Assembly: GCA_963811245.1 (NCBI GenBank)
Contig: CAWEQL010000008.1
Coordinates: 8,134 to 72,133, forward strand
Length of the DNA stretch: 64,000 nt
From: an uncultured Acidimicrobiaceae bacterium
GTDB lineage: Bacteria; Actinomycetota; Acidimicrobiia; Acidimicrobiales; Salinilacustritrichaceae
Direction of reading: 5' to 3'
The notes below the pieces were generated by a model. That model did not search any database, had not been told where the DNA came from, and saw nothing but the letters and a program-made list of their open reading frames with translations. Shown here one piece after another: positions 39,461-51,677 of this stretch. The position numbers were made by a program, and so were the translations under genes. The first letter of the stretch is position 1. Each line of letters opens with the position of its first letter.

Positions 39461-40294
39461 TCACGCCGCGATGTCGACCTCTTCGGCGTCGATCTTCAGC
39501 TGCTCGACGGCCCGGTTCACCATGCGCCGGGCGGCCTCGGCCGTGATGCCGATCTTGTCGCCGACCTCCCGGTAGCTCCTGGTCTGGCCGTCGCCGAACC
39601 CGAAGCGGAGCTCGACCGCTCGTCGAGGCCGCGGATTCAGCCGATCCAGGAGGGCCACGACCGTCTCGGCGTGGGCCTGGTCGACCACGAGCTGCTCCGG
39701 GCCGTGCTGGTCGTCGGCGATGAGGTCGCCGAACTCGGTGTCGCCGTCCTCGCCGACCGGTCGATCGAGGCTGGCGGTGGCGGTCAGCCGATGCAACGCC
39801 GACAGCTCGTCGCTCAGCACCTCATCGGTGCCTGCCGTCGCCCGCAGCGCCGACCGGAGCTGGGCGGAACGGTCGCCGGGGAGCCGGATCAGGTTGGCCT
39901 TCTGGTCGAGTGCTCGGCCGATGGCCTGGCGGATCCAGAATGTGGCGTAGGTGGAGAACTTGAACCCCTTGCGCCAGTCGAACTTGTCGACCGCGTGCTC
40001 GAGGCCGATGTTGCCTTCCTGCACCAGATCGCCCAGTTCCATGCCGTTGGGCAGCGGGTAGCGGCGGGCGAGGCTGACGACCAGCCGCAGGTTGGCTCGG
40101 ATGAACTGATCCTTGGCCTGCGCCGCCTTGCGGACGGCGCGACGGAGCTCGGCGCCCCGCTCGCCTGCGTCGAGTCGGGCCTGCGCGTCGCGGCCGGCCT
40201 CGATCTGCTGGGCGAGACGCCGTTCCTGGTCCTTGTCGAGCAGCGGCACCATGCCGATCTCGTGCAGGTACTGACCCATCGAATCTCTCATCAT
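39461..40294 (-). CDS. Sigma-70 factor, RpoD-like without region 1.1
   Basis: YLHEIG, ANLRLVVSLAR, DLVQEGNIGL, KFSTYATFWIRQAI. Confidence 0.92.
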   Translation of the reverse strand: MMRDSMGQYLHEIGMVPLLDKDQERRLAQQIEAGRDAQARLDAGERGAELRRAVRKAAQAKDQFIRANLRLVVSLARRYPLPNGMELGDLVQEGNIGLEHAVDKFDWRKGFKFSTYATFWIRQAIGRALDQKANLIRLPGDRSAQLRSALRATAGTDEVLSDELSALHRLTATASLDRPVGEDGDTEFGDLIADDQHGPEQLVVDQAHAETVVALLDRLNPRPRRAVELRFGFGDGQTRSYREVGDKIGITAEAARRMVNRAVEQLKIDAEEVDIAA

Positions 40295-40548
40295 CTTCCC
40301 TTCCGGGTACCGGTGCGGGTCGACGGCCATCCATCGGACCGTCGCCTCTCACTTGTTGTACCCGCAACCTCCAACTCCGACCCCGGTGTGATTGTTCCCG
40401 TGAACGGGTGTTCGTCCGGGATCTCCATGACGGCACCTGTGTGGAACGTCCGATCTCACCCGAAGTGACCGATATGGGGCGATCAGATGTTCAAGCGCGC
40501 GTCCCACCGTGCCGATGAGGCAGGGAACGGCGACACGACCGGACGGTC

Positions 40549-42180
40549 GTGGGACGAGGGAGAGCAGTGAGTCGCATCCGCGACACCGCGAGCGGTGGGC
40601 AACCAGGACTGGTGGTGAGTTCGCTCACCGCCGACGCGCTCGGTCCCACGGTGGAGCGCCTGTGTCGCCTCGGGGCCCGCCGCTTCGACCCCACGGTGTG
40701 GTGGGCGGCCGTCCACTCCGCCGCGGAAGCCCACCGGGCCGACGACGAGGGCATCGTCGCTGCTCTCGAGGAAGAACTGGCGGGTCTGGAATCGCGGCGG
40801 GCCTCGGCCGAACTGGCTCTCGAGGACCTCCGACGCGACCAGCAGAACCTGGCCGAGGCTGCCGACTGGTGCGTGCGCCAGCCCGGCGTGGACGCCGAGG
40901 ACCGCCGACGCGAGGCCGAACTGGCCGCCGAGGTGGAGACCCTGAGCCGTGACGCCCGGACCGCGACCCGCCAGCTCGAGCGGGTGCTCGAGCAACGGGC
41001 CGCCGCCGAGGCCGCGCTCGAGGAGGCTCGCCGGGAGCTCGACGGTCTCGAGGTCGCCTCGATCGACGAGACCGGCGTTCGGCGGCGCATTGAAGCGGCG
41101 TCGCACGACCTCCACCTCGCGTCGGTGGCGCACCAAGAGGCGATGAAGGACGCCGCTCGCTGTCGCATCGCGCTGGCCCAGCTCGAGGCGACGGGGCCGG
41201 CGGTTCCTCTGCACGTCGGACCGGACGAGGACCAGTTCCGCGCCATGGGCCGGGCGGTGAGCGACAAGCTGGCGTCGACCGCCGTGCCGGCGTCGGCACT
41301 GGACGCGGCCCGAGACGCCGTCGCCCTCGCCGAGGAGCGGGCCGAGCGGTCGGCACGGGAGCTGGCTGCGGCCCGGGCGGCAGTCGAGGACTTCGAGAAC
41401 GAGCTGGCCGTCCGCAGCGGCGGCGACGGCGGACGCACCGAGCGCCGTGCGGCCGCCGTGGAGCTCGAGGCCCAGGTGAGCGCCGTCGAACGTCGGCTGG
41501 GAGAGGCCGAGGCTGCAGCGCGCGCCGAGGCTGACGACACCACCAGGGGCATGTCGCGCGCCGAGCTGGCCCTCGATCGCCTGCGTCACGAGGGCCGGGC
41601 CAGACGACAGCGCCTCACCGACCTGCTCGGGCTGGTCCCGCCGGCGGAACGCCCGTCCGTGGACGGCGACATCGTCGAGATCGCTCCGCGCGTGGCCGAT
41701 GCACTCCGGGCGATGACGGCACCGGTCACCGAGGACATCGCTCGTGCGGAGGAGGCGATCGCTCGCCTTCGCACCCGCTGCGCCGAGCAGGGGGTCGCGG
41801 TCGACACGGCGCGACAGCGGCTCGATGCGATCCTGCCGGAGGACCGGGTGGCGGCGTTGCAGCGGGTCCTCGACGACGACCCGACCCCCATCGTCTTCGA
41901 CGACGTGGTGCTCCCCGGGCGGGCGGCCGATGAGCTGATCACCACGTGCGACCTGGACGGCGCCGCTCTGGGTGCCGCCGCCGTCGTCGTCCTGACCGAC
42001 CGCCCAGAGGTCCTCTCCTGGGGCATCGACCTGCCCGCCCGCCGCGGTGGCGTCCTGCCACTCGACACGGTTCTCCGTCGCTTCGAACCCGGGGCCGACG
42101 GACCCGTCACCGATCTCACCGACGCGCCGGCGCACCCGCCGGCCGGCACACCGTTCCCGACACCGAGCCGCGCTCGGTAG
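40549..42180 (+). CDS. Coiled-coil protein with a degenerate SMC/Rad50-like C-terminus
   Basis: Long E/A/R heptad region; PIVFDD and VVVLTD near the C-terminus; start uncertain. Confidence 0.6.
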   Translation: MGRGRAVSRIRDTASGGQPGLVVSSLTADALGPTVERLCRLGARRFDPTVWWAAVHSAAEAHRADDEGIVAALEEELAGLESRRASAELALEDLRRDQQNLAEAADWCVRQPGVDAEDRRREAELAAEVETLSRDARTATRQLERVLEQRAAAEAALEEARRELDGLEVASIDETGVRRRIEAASHDLHLASVAHQEAMKDAARCRIALAQLEATGPAVPLHVGPDEDQFRAMGRAVSDKLASTAVPASALDAARDAVALAEERAERSARELAAARAAVEDFENELAVRSGGDGGRTERRAAAVELEAQVSAVERRLGEAEAAARAEADDTTRGMSRAELALDRLRHEGRARRQRLTDLLGLVPPAERPSVDGDIVEIAPRVADALRAMTAPVTEDIARAEEAIARLRTRCAEQGVAVDTARQRLDAILPEDRVAALQRVLDDDPTPIVFDDVVLPGRAADELITTCDLDGAALGAAAVVVLTDRPEVLSWGIDLPARRGGVLPLDTVLRRFEPGADGPVTDLTDAPAHPPAGTPFPTPSRAR

Positions 42181-42204
42181 CCCGACACAGATGGAGACGT
42201 CCCC

Positions 42205-44644
42205 GTGTTGAAGATCCGTATCCGCACGAAGTTGGCCGGAGCGCTGGCCGTTCCATTGGTGGCGCTCGTCGCCATCTCCGGTTTCGAAGCGGTCCAGGCG
42301 TCCGACCACGCCGCCGACATCCGGGCCGAGACCGAGCTGGCCACGGTGTCGATCGGGCCCAGCAGCCTCACGACCGAACTGCAGAACGAGCGCAACTACA
42401 CGTCGCTCGACCTCATCGGCCTCGCCGATGCCGCCACGCTGGAGGTTTCCTCGGTGGCCGAAGCCCGCGACCGTGTCGACGCCGCCGTCGCCGATCTCCG
42501 GTCGTACCTCGCCGGTCGGGACGAGATCGTGTCCGCCGCCTTCGCCCCCGCCTTCGAGGCACTCGACGCCGATCTCGCCGACGTCCGGGCGGTCTGGGAC
42601 GGCTACGACGGACCCAAGGCGCTCGAGAACCAGCCGATGGCCGATGACGTCTTCGAGCGGTTCAGCACGATGACCAAGGCCTTCTTCACCGCCACCGAGT
42701 CGGTGGCGACCGCCGTCGACGACAATGCTCTGCGCAACGGCATCGAGATCGTCGACAGCTCGAACCGGCGGGGCGAGCTCCTCGCCGACATCACCCGGCT
42801 GATCGTGCTCGACACCCTGACCCAGGGCGACGAAGCCCAGTACCGCTCCGATGTCGCGGTGCGCGTCGATCGCATCGACGCCGCCGAGCACCGCATCGCC
42901 CAGCTGTCGGAGGGTCCGTACGCGGACGTCGCTTCCGAGACCCTCGGCCGAAAGGCGGACCTGCAGGCCCGGAAGTACTTCGACGCCTACCTCGCCGGCA
43001 AGCCGGTCGACCTTCCTGCTCTCCTCGCCGCCGTGAGCGCCGGCGGGGCCACCGATGTCACCTCCAGCGCCGAGATGGCTGCCGACATCCTCTCCACGCA
43101 GGCCGGACGGCTGACCCACGACGCCGACGCCCGCAAGCAGGACTTCCTCGCCCTCGCCGTCGGCGTCATCGCCTTCGCGATCGTGAGCAGCTGGTTGGCG
43201 AGTCGCTCCATCACCCGGCCGCTGCGCCGGCTGCGCGCCGAAGCCGCCGAGATGGCGCAACACCGCCTCCCCGATGCCCTCACCAAGATCCTCGAGACCC
43301 CGCTCGGCGAGGACGTGGTCATCCCCGACCTCGACCCGATCGTGGTCAAGACCCGGGACGAGGTCCGCGAGGTGGTCGAGGTCCTCAACGACGTGCAGGA
43401 TCGCACGCTCTCGCTCGCCGCTGACCAGGCCGTGTTGCGACGCAACATCGCCGACTCGTTCGTCAACCTCGGCCGTCGGAATCAGAACCTCCTCGACCGC
43501 CAGCTCGAGTTCATCACCGAGCTGGAGCAGAACGAGACCGAACCCGAGGAGCTCGAGTCGCTGTTCCGACTCGATCACCTCGCCACCCGCATGAGGCGCA
43601 ACGCGGAGTCGCTGCTCGTGCTGGCCGGCGTGGAGAGCCCCCGCCAGTGGCGGGCACCGGTCAGCATGGACGACGTCATCCGAGCCGCCCTCGGCGAGGT
43701 CGAGGACTACCAGCGGGTCGACGTCCGCAGCCTCGAGCCGGCGATGGTGGCCGGCACCGCCGCCGCCGGAGTGTCGCACGTCCTGGCCGAGCTGATCGAG
43801 AACGCCCTCCACTTCTCACCGCCCGATGCGGTGGTGGAGATCAAGGGTCGACGCAACGCCGACGGATACGTCGTCGCCGTGGACGACGACGGCATCGGCA
43901 TGAGCGCCGAGGACGTGGACCGGGCCAACCGGCGCCTGTCCGGAGCGGAGTCCTACACGGTGGCGCCGTCGCGCTACCTCGGCCACTACGTGGCCGGCAA
44001 CCTGGCCGTCCGGTTCGGGATCGACGTCCGCGTGCAGGACAGCCCGGCCGGTGGCGTCACCGCCACCGTCGCGGTGCCAGCGGCCTTGATCGACGCGGAG
44101 CTCGACGGAACCCGAGTTTGCTCCCACTCCGGTGGTCGAGGAGGCGCCGGCGACGATGCCCGCCATCCCGGACGCATCGGTCGGCACCGATGGTCCCGCC
44201 ACGCTGGCCGAGGCGCTCGGCGGAGGCCGCCTCGACGACATCTCGTCCGCCGAGGACCTCACGCGGGCGATCGATGCCTCGGAGCACCCGGCCGCTGATC
44301 CGGCCGACGATCCGATGCCCGCTGTCGACGCCGATGGTGTGACGACGACGGACGCCGGGCTGCCCCGCCGGGTTCCAGGAGCACAGCGTCCCGATGCGAT
44401 GCCGACCATCGTCCGCCGAGACCTCGGAGCGACCGTCGCGTCGGACCCGGCCGATGCGCCCGTGGCCCCGGCCGGCACCGGCGTGTTGGGCTTCTTCTCC
44501 GGCTACGCCGCCGCCCGCTCGACCGACGGCGTCGCCGGCAGCCCGGCCCGCGTCGGCGACCAGCCCGTCGAGGACGACATCGACGTCGAAGCGCACGCCG
44601 CCACCGACACCCACACCCACGACGACACGGGGGAGCACCGATGA
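42205..44644 (+). CDS. Conservon sensor histidine kinase (CvnA-like, NIT domain), frameshift near 44110
   Basis: LQNER, NLGRRNQNL, LDHLATRMRRNAESLLVLAG, ELIENA, DDGIGM, GLPRRVPGA. Confidence 0.9.
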
Positions 44645-45063
44645 CCGCCCTGACCACCACCCGCGACTTCTCGTGGATGCTCAACAACTTCGTCGAGGAG
44701 ACGGCGGGCGTCACCGACGCCATCGCCGTGTCGAGCGACGGCCTCCTCATGGCGATGTCCGACTCGCTCGACCGTGACGGAGCCGAGCAGCTCGCCGCCA
44801 TCGTGTCGGGCCTCGTCAGCTTGGGCCAGGGCGCATCGACCTGCTTTGGCTTCGGCGGCCTCCAGCAGGTCATCGTCGCCATGAACGGCGGCTACGCCTT
44901 CGTGTCGGCCATCTCCGACGGCAGCTGCCTGGGCGTCGTCGCCAACAGCAACTGCGACATCGGCCAGATCGGCTACCAGTGCGGGATCCTGGTCGAGCGG
45001 GCCGGCGCGGTGCTCACCCCCGAACTGGTCGAGGCACTCCAGCAGGAGCTGTTGAGCGCATGA
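44641..45063 (+). CDS. Roadblock/LC7 protein (CvnB-like)
   Basis: AIAVSSDGLL..LAAIVSGL. Confidence 0.92.
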   Translation: MTALTTTRDFSWMLNNFVEETAGVTDAIAVSSDGLLMAMSDSLDRDGAEQLAAIVSGLVSLGQGASTCFGFGGLQQVIVAMNGGYAFVSAISDGSCLGVVANSNCDIGQIGYQCGILVERAGAVLTPELVEALQQELLSA

Positions 45064-45407
45064 ACGAGCACTCGACCCGCAGTCACGAGGTCGTCCGGCC
45101 CTTCGTGATGACCCGGGGCCGGACCCGGGCGGAGCGCCGCGACCTCCGTCTCGAGACGATGCTGTCGGCGGTTCCGGGCGCCCCCGTCGACGGGCTGACC
45201 TCCGAACAGCGCCAGCTGCTGGTGGCCTGTCGTCACCCCGTGTCCGTCGCCGAGGCGTCGGCCCACCTGGGCATCGTGGTGGGCGTGACCATCATCCTCG
45301 CCGCCGACCTCGTCGTCGCCGGCTCGCTGGAGATCCACCAGACCGATCCCGTGGAGATCGAACTCGACGTGCTGACGCGCATGATCGAACGGGTGCGGGC
45401 ACTGTGA
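45060..45407 (+). CDS. DUF742 protein (CvnC-like)
   Basis: VRPFVMTRGRT..SVAEASAHL. Confidence 0.9.
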   Translation: MNEHSTRSHEVVRPFVMTRGRTRAERRDLRLETMLSAVPGAPVDGLTSEQRQLLVACRHPVSVAEASAHLGIVVGVTIILAADLVVAGSLEIHQTDPVEIELDVLTRMIERVRAL

Positions 45408-46003
45408 CCGCCTCACCTTCCTCCACCGGCCGGTCGCCCCGCCACGTCACCTCGGTCAAGTTCGCCGTCTCCGGTGGCTTCGGCGCCGGCAAGACCACCT
45501 TCGTCGGCGCCATCTCCGAGGTGCCCCCGCTGCGCACCGAAGCAGCCATGACCCAGGTCGCCTCCGGGCTCGACGCCCGCAAGGGCAGCGCCAGCAAGAC
45601 CACCACCACTGTCGCCATGGACTTCGGCCGGCTCACGGTGGACGAATCGCTGGTCATGTACCTGTTCGGCACCCCGGGCCAGGAGCGGTTCGGGTTCATG
45701 TGGGACCACATCACCGCCGGTGCGCTCGGGGCCGTGATCCTCGTGGACACGACCCGACTCGACCAGAGCTTCCCGGCCGTCGACCACTTCGAAGCCCGGG
45801 GCATCCCGTTCGTCGTGGCCGTCAACCGCTTCGACGACCGGCCCACCCACGCGGTCGGCGACGTCCGCGCTGCGCTGGGGATCGGGGCGGCTGTCCCGAT
45901 CACCGAGTGCGACGCCCGGTCCACCGCATCGGCCAAGGAGGTCCTCCTGCTGCTGCTCGAGACGTTGGCCGGCTCGGCCCGCACGCTCGCCGAGGTGCGC
46001 TGA
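45404..46003 (+). CDS. Ras-like ATP/GTP-binding protein (CvnD-like)
   Basis: GGFGAGKTT, TTTTVAMDFG, FGTPGQERF. Confidence 0.92.
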   Translation: MTASPSSTGRSPRHVTSVKFAVSGGFGAGKTTFVGAISEVPPLRTEAAMTQVASGLDARKGSASKTTTTVAMDFGRLTVDESLVMYLFGTPGQERFGFMWDHITAGALGAVILVDTTRLDQSFPAVDHFEARGIPFVVAVNRFDDRPTHAVGDVRAALGIGAAVPITECDARSTASAKEVLLLLLETLAGSARTLAEVR

Positions 46004-46054
46004 ACGCACGACCGGAACGGGAATCCGACCGTGCCGGAGGATGTTGGCGCCGGC

Positions 46055-46471
46055 ATGGACACCACTGCCCTCCGCTCCCTCGTCGCCGCCAACCACCAGG
46101 GGGTGTTGGTGACGCTCAAGCGCGACGGGCGCCCGCAGCTGTCGAACATCGCCTACGTGCTCGGAGACGACGACGTCGTGCGGATCTCCGTGACCGACGG
46201 CCGGGCGAAGACCGCCAACCTGCGGCGTGACCCCCGGGCCAGCCTCCATGTGACCCGCGACGACTTCTACGCCTACGCCGTGGTCGAGAGCACGGTCCGG
46301 CTCACCCCGGTGGCGGCCGATCCTCATGACGACACGGTGGATGCGCTGGTCGAGTACTACCGGTCGGTGGCCGGTGAGCACGACGACTGGGAGGACTACC
46401 GGGCGACGATGGTCCGTGATCGCCGTCTGCTGCTCGAGCTACCGGTCGAGCGGCTGTACGGGATGGCGTGA
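46055..46471 (+). CDS. PPOX-class F420-dependent oxidoreductase
   Basis: TLKRDGRPQLS..RAKTANLRRDPR. Confidence 0.9.
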   Translation: MDTTALRSLVAANHQGVLVTLKRDGRPQLSNIAYVLGDDDVVRISVTDGRAKTANLRRDPRASLHVTRDDFYAYAVVESTVRLTPVAADPHDDTVDALVEYYRSVAGEHDDWEDYRATMVRDRRLLLELPVERLYGMA

Positions 46472-46481
46472 ACGAGCGCGG

Positions 46482-47330
46482 TCAGTAGCCGGCGTCGGCG
46501 AGCGCGGCGTAGCCGTTGACGAACGCCTCGACATCGTCAGCGAAGTCCGGACCGGCGGTCGATGTGCAGTCGGCGGTGACGCCCAAGCCCCGGTCCTTCG
46601 TCTCCAACGGGACCTCGACCAGACCGCGCACCATGCCCACCGTGCAACTGGGGACGTTGAGGTTGAGCACGACGGGCGGCCCGGCCAGCAACTCGTCCAT
46701 CCGGGTGTCGAGGACCTGCTGGAGCTGCGCCACCGCCGCGGGATAGTCGATCTCGTCGGCGAGGCCGGCGCTGACGGCGATGGCGGGGACGCCGTGGCGC
46801 GCCGCCGTACGGGCCGCTCCCACGGTCCCGGAGATCTCGGCAATGGGGCCGATGTTCTGTCCGGCGTTGATGCCCGAGATCACCAGGTCCGGTCGCAGGC
46901 CGAGCTGGTCGAAGGCGGCGTCGACCGCGTCGGCCGGGAACCCGGCGACGGCCCGGGCGGGGAAGCCGCTTGCGGTGCGAGCCTCCACCGCGGCCGGCGG
47001 GCCGCCGGCGGTGGTGCGGTCGGACGAGCCGCTCTGGTTCTCCGCCGGGGCCACGACCGTGACCGTGATCCCGGGCTGGCCGCGGAGCGCCTCGACGAGC
47101 GCATCGATCCCCGGGGCCCCGACGCCGTCATCGTTGGTGACGAGCACCTCGACGGTGTCGTCGGCGGCTGGGTCTGCCGGTGTCCCGGTCGCTCCAGACG
47201 TGGTGGTCGCCGCCGGAGCGGTGGTCGTGGTGGTGTCCGGTCCGGCCGTCCCCGCACCGTCGTCGCTGCCACAGGCAGCTGCGACGACGCCGAGGAGGAC
47301 GGCGGCCGCCAGGGCGCTCGCTCGTCGCAT
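46482..47330 (-). CDS. surE: SurE-family 5'/3'-nucleotidase, lipoprotein
   Basis: Lipobox AAAC; LVTNDDG, NQSG, SGINAGQN, SGTVGAA. Confidence 0.9.
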   Translation of the reverse strand: MRRASALAAAVLLGVVAAACGSDDGAGTAGPDTTTTTAPAATTTSGATGTPADPAADDTVEVLVTNDDGVGAPGIDALVEALRGQPGITVTVVAPAENQSGSSDRTTAGGPPAAVEARTASGFPARAVAGFPADAVDAAFDQLGLRPDLVISGINAGQNIGPIAEISGTVGAARTAARHGVPAIAVSAGLADEIDYPAAVAQLQQVLDTRMDELLAGPPVVLNLNVPSCTVGMVRGLVEVPLETKDRGLGVTADCTSTAGPDFADDVEAFVNGYAALADAGY

Positions 47331-47395
47331 CGGCGCCAGTGTGGACGACGGACGGTGCCGCTCCGGTGGCACGCAGATGACGGTTCGGTGGCGGT

Positions 47396-48190
47396 TCAGT
47401 TCCCGAGCGGAGCGAGCACGGCGAACCCGGCTCCGTAGGCCGACGCGTCGTCGTCCCCCTCCGGCTCCGACTCGGTGCACCGGGCGGCGACCGGCGCCGA
47501 GGAGCGGGCCGTGGTGCCCGTGACCAGCGGGCCGCGCACGAGCCCGCCGGCGCAGCTGGGGATGTCGAGGATCCGCGCGCCCGGCGACAGGACCACATCG
47601 AGCTCGAGGTCGACCAGGGACCGGAGCATGACGCCGGCGGCCGCTTCGTCGGCGCCGTGTTCGGTGCCGAGGGCCACCACGAGCGCCGGCGTCCCGGACG
47701 CCGCCGCGCGTCGGGCGGCGATGACCGCGGGCCGGGCGTCGAGTGCGCCACCGAAGACGACGCCCTCGGTCAGCCCGACGACCACCAGATCGGGCGCGAA
47801 CCCGACGGCGGCGATGGCCGCGGCGACGAGATCGGCCGGTGGTGCATCGACGACCGTTGTCGGGAATCCGCTCCGGGTCGTCAGCCCCCCGGCGTCCAAC
47901 GGACGAACCGTCCCCGCGGCATCAGGTGCGGCCGCGGTGACGGCCAGTTCGGGCATGCCGAGCAGGATCGAGACGGCGGCATCGAGGCCGGTGGAGCCGA
48001 CGCCGTCGGGGCTGACGACGAGGACCTGGACCTGGTCGGCGGACCCGACCGATCGCAGCGCCCGCGTCGACGCCGCCAACGAGGGCGGCCGGGTGGCCGC
48101 CGTGGCGTCGTCGTGTGCCGTCGGTCCTGTGCTGCATCCGGCGCCCACGAGGAGCGCTGCGGCCAGCAACCCCCCACGGAGCCGTCGCAT
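47396..48190 (-). CDS. Degenerate SurE-like lipoprotein
   Basis: Lipobox GAGC; VLVVSPDG in place of VTNDDG; PDLVV; LDIPSC..VRG. Confidence 0.7.
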   Translation of the reverse strand: MRRLRGGLLAAALLVGAGCSTGPTAHDDATAATRPPSLAASTRALRSVGSADQVQVLVVSPDGVGSTGLDAAVSILLGMPELAVTAAAPDAAGTVRPLDAGGLTTRSGFPTTVVDAPPADLVAAAIAAVGFAPDLVVVGLTEGVVFGGALDARPAVIAARRAAASGTPALVVALGTEHGADEAAAGVMLRSLVDLELDVVLSPGARILDIPSCAGGLVRGPLVTGTTARSSAPVAARCTESEPEGDDDASAYGAGFAVLAPLGN

Positions 48191-48235
48191 CGACTTCCAG
48201 TGTGACCAGTGGTGCCGTGGATACGGTGGATCCCC

Positions 48236-48514
48236 GTGGACATCGCAGACTTCCAGGCCACCATCGCCGCCACGTACGGCGAGCGCGACGCCGGCCGGGG
48301 AACGGCGCCCACCGTGGCGTGGCTGTGCGAGGAGGTCGGTGAGCTGGCCCAGGCCGCCCGCAAGGGCACGGCCGACCAGCAGCTCCACGAGCTCGGCGAC
48401 GTCATCGCCTGGGTGGCGTCACTCGCCCACCAGCTGGGGCTCAGCCTCGACGAGGCAGCTCAGCGGTACGCCGCCGGCTGCCCGGTGTGCAACGCCTTGC
48501 CCTGCTCCTGCTGA
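48236..48514 (+). CDS. MazG-like nucleotide pyrophosphohydrolase
   Basis: EEVGEL..ELGDV; C-terminal CPVC..CSC. Confidence 0.88.
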   Translation: MDIADFQATIAATYGERDAGRGTAPTVAWLCEEVGELAQAARKGTADQQLHELGDVIAWVASLAHQLGLSLDEAAQRYAAGCPVCNALPCSC

Positions 48515-48541
48515 GCGAGGCGGTGACCGGCGCGCCGACGG

Positions 48542-50858
<2,317 letters not shown>

Positions 50859-50904
50859 CGGATCGACGTTACGGCCGCCGGGGGACGGGCCCAAAGCGAA
50901 CCCG

Positions 50905-51393
50905 TCAGCCCAGCTCGACGAGCGCGTCCCAGTCGCGGAGCTGCTGGAGGGTCTGGGTCTCGGTGGCGTGCATCAACGAGCAGATGGCCCGCAGGTCGTC
51001 GCGGCGGATGGACAGGACCCGGCCGTTGAAGTCGCCGCGCTCGAGGATGATGGAGCGGGCGTAGCGGTGGACGGCCTCGGCCTCGGGGATGCCCGACAGG
51101 GCGACGAGGTCGAGGATCACCTTGGCGGGACGGTCGCTGCCGTCGTCGTCGTCGGACTCCCCGAGCAGCACCGACATCGGCACGTCGTAGAACTCGGCCA
51201 GCTCGCGCAGACGGGGCAGGCTCAGGTTCCGGAACCCCCGCTCGTAGGCGCCGATGGCCGACGCGCTCCACTGGCCGCCGCTCTCCCGCTCGACGTCGTC
51301 GAGGGAGAGCTTGCGGAGCCGTCGTACGCCCCGGAGCCGCTGGCCGACCTCCACGGAGAACGATGACGGGCCGTCCTCTTCTTCACTGGCCAT
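50905..51393 (-). CDS. BldD-like XRE regulator with a c-di-GMP-binding motif
   Basis: [24 protein letters not shown]; C-terminal [16 protein letters not shown] (RxD-X8-RxxD). Confidence 0.88.
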   Translation of the reverse strand: MASEEEDGPSSFSVEVGQRLRGVRRLRKLSLDDVERESGGQWSASAIGAYERGFRNLSLPRLRELAEFYDVPMSVLLGESDDDDGSDRPAKVILDLVALSGIPEAEAVHRYARSIILERGDFNGRVLSIRRDDLRAICSLMHATETQTLQQLRDWDALVELG

Positions 51394-51677
51394 CCGGAAC
51401 GTCCCTCCCCGGTCGGGCTCGGTGCCGCCGGCCTCGCCTGTGGACGGTGCTCACCGCCCTCCCGAGCACGTAGCGTAGCGACACGACCGGGCAGCGTCCA
51501 TGGTTCGCCTTCCGTTCGTGGCGGCCTCACTTCGCGTCGTGCTCGCGTCCTGCTCGCCTCCTGACGGCGTGGTGTTCGGGTGCTGACCGTGTCGCGTTCA
51601 CGTCGCCCGCTCCGGGCGTCGCCTTGCGGGTGCGTGACTGCACAGGCCTGGTGGTGACCGAGTACGGTCCGCACGCT

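Noticed and set aside
40483-43812. 1109-aa minus-strand ORF
   Set aside because: Antisense shadow of the coiled-coil and conservon kinase genes; no recognisable motifs.
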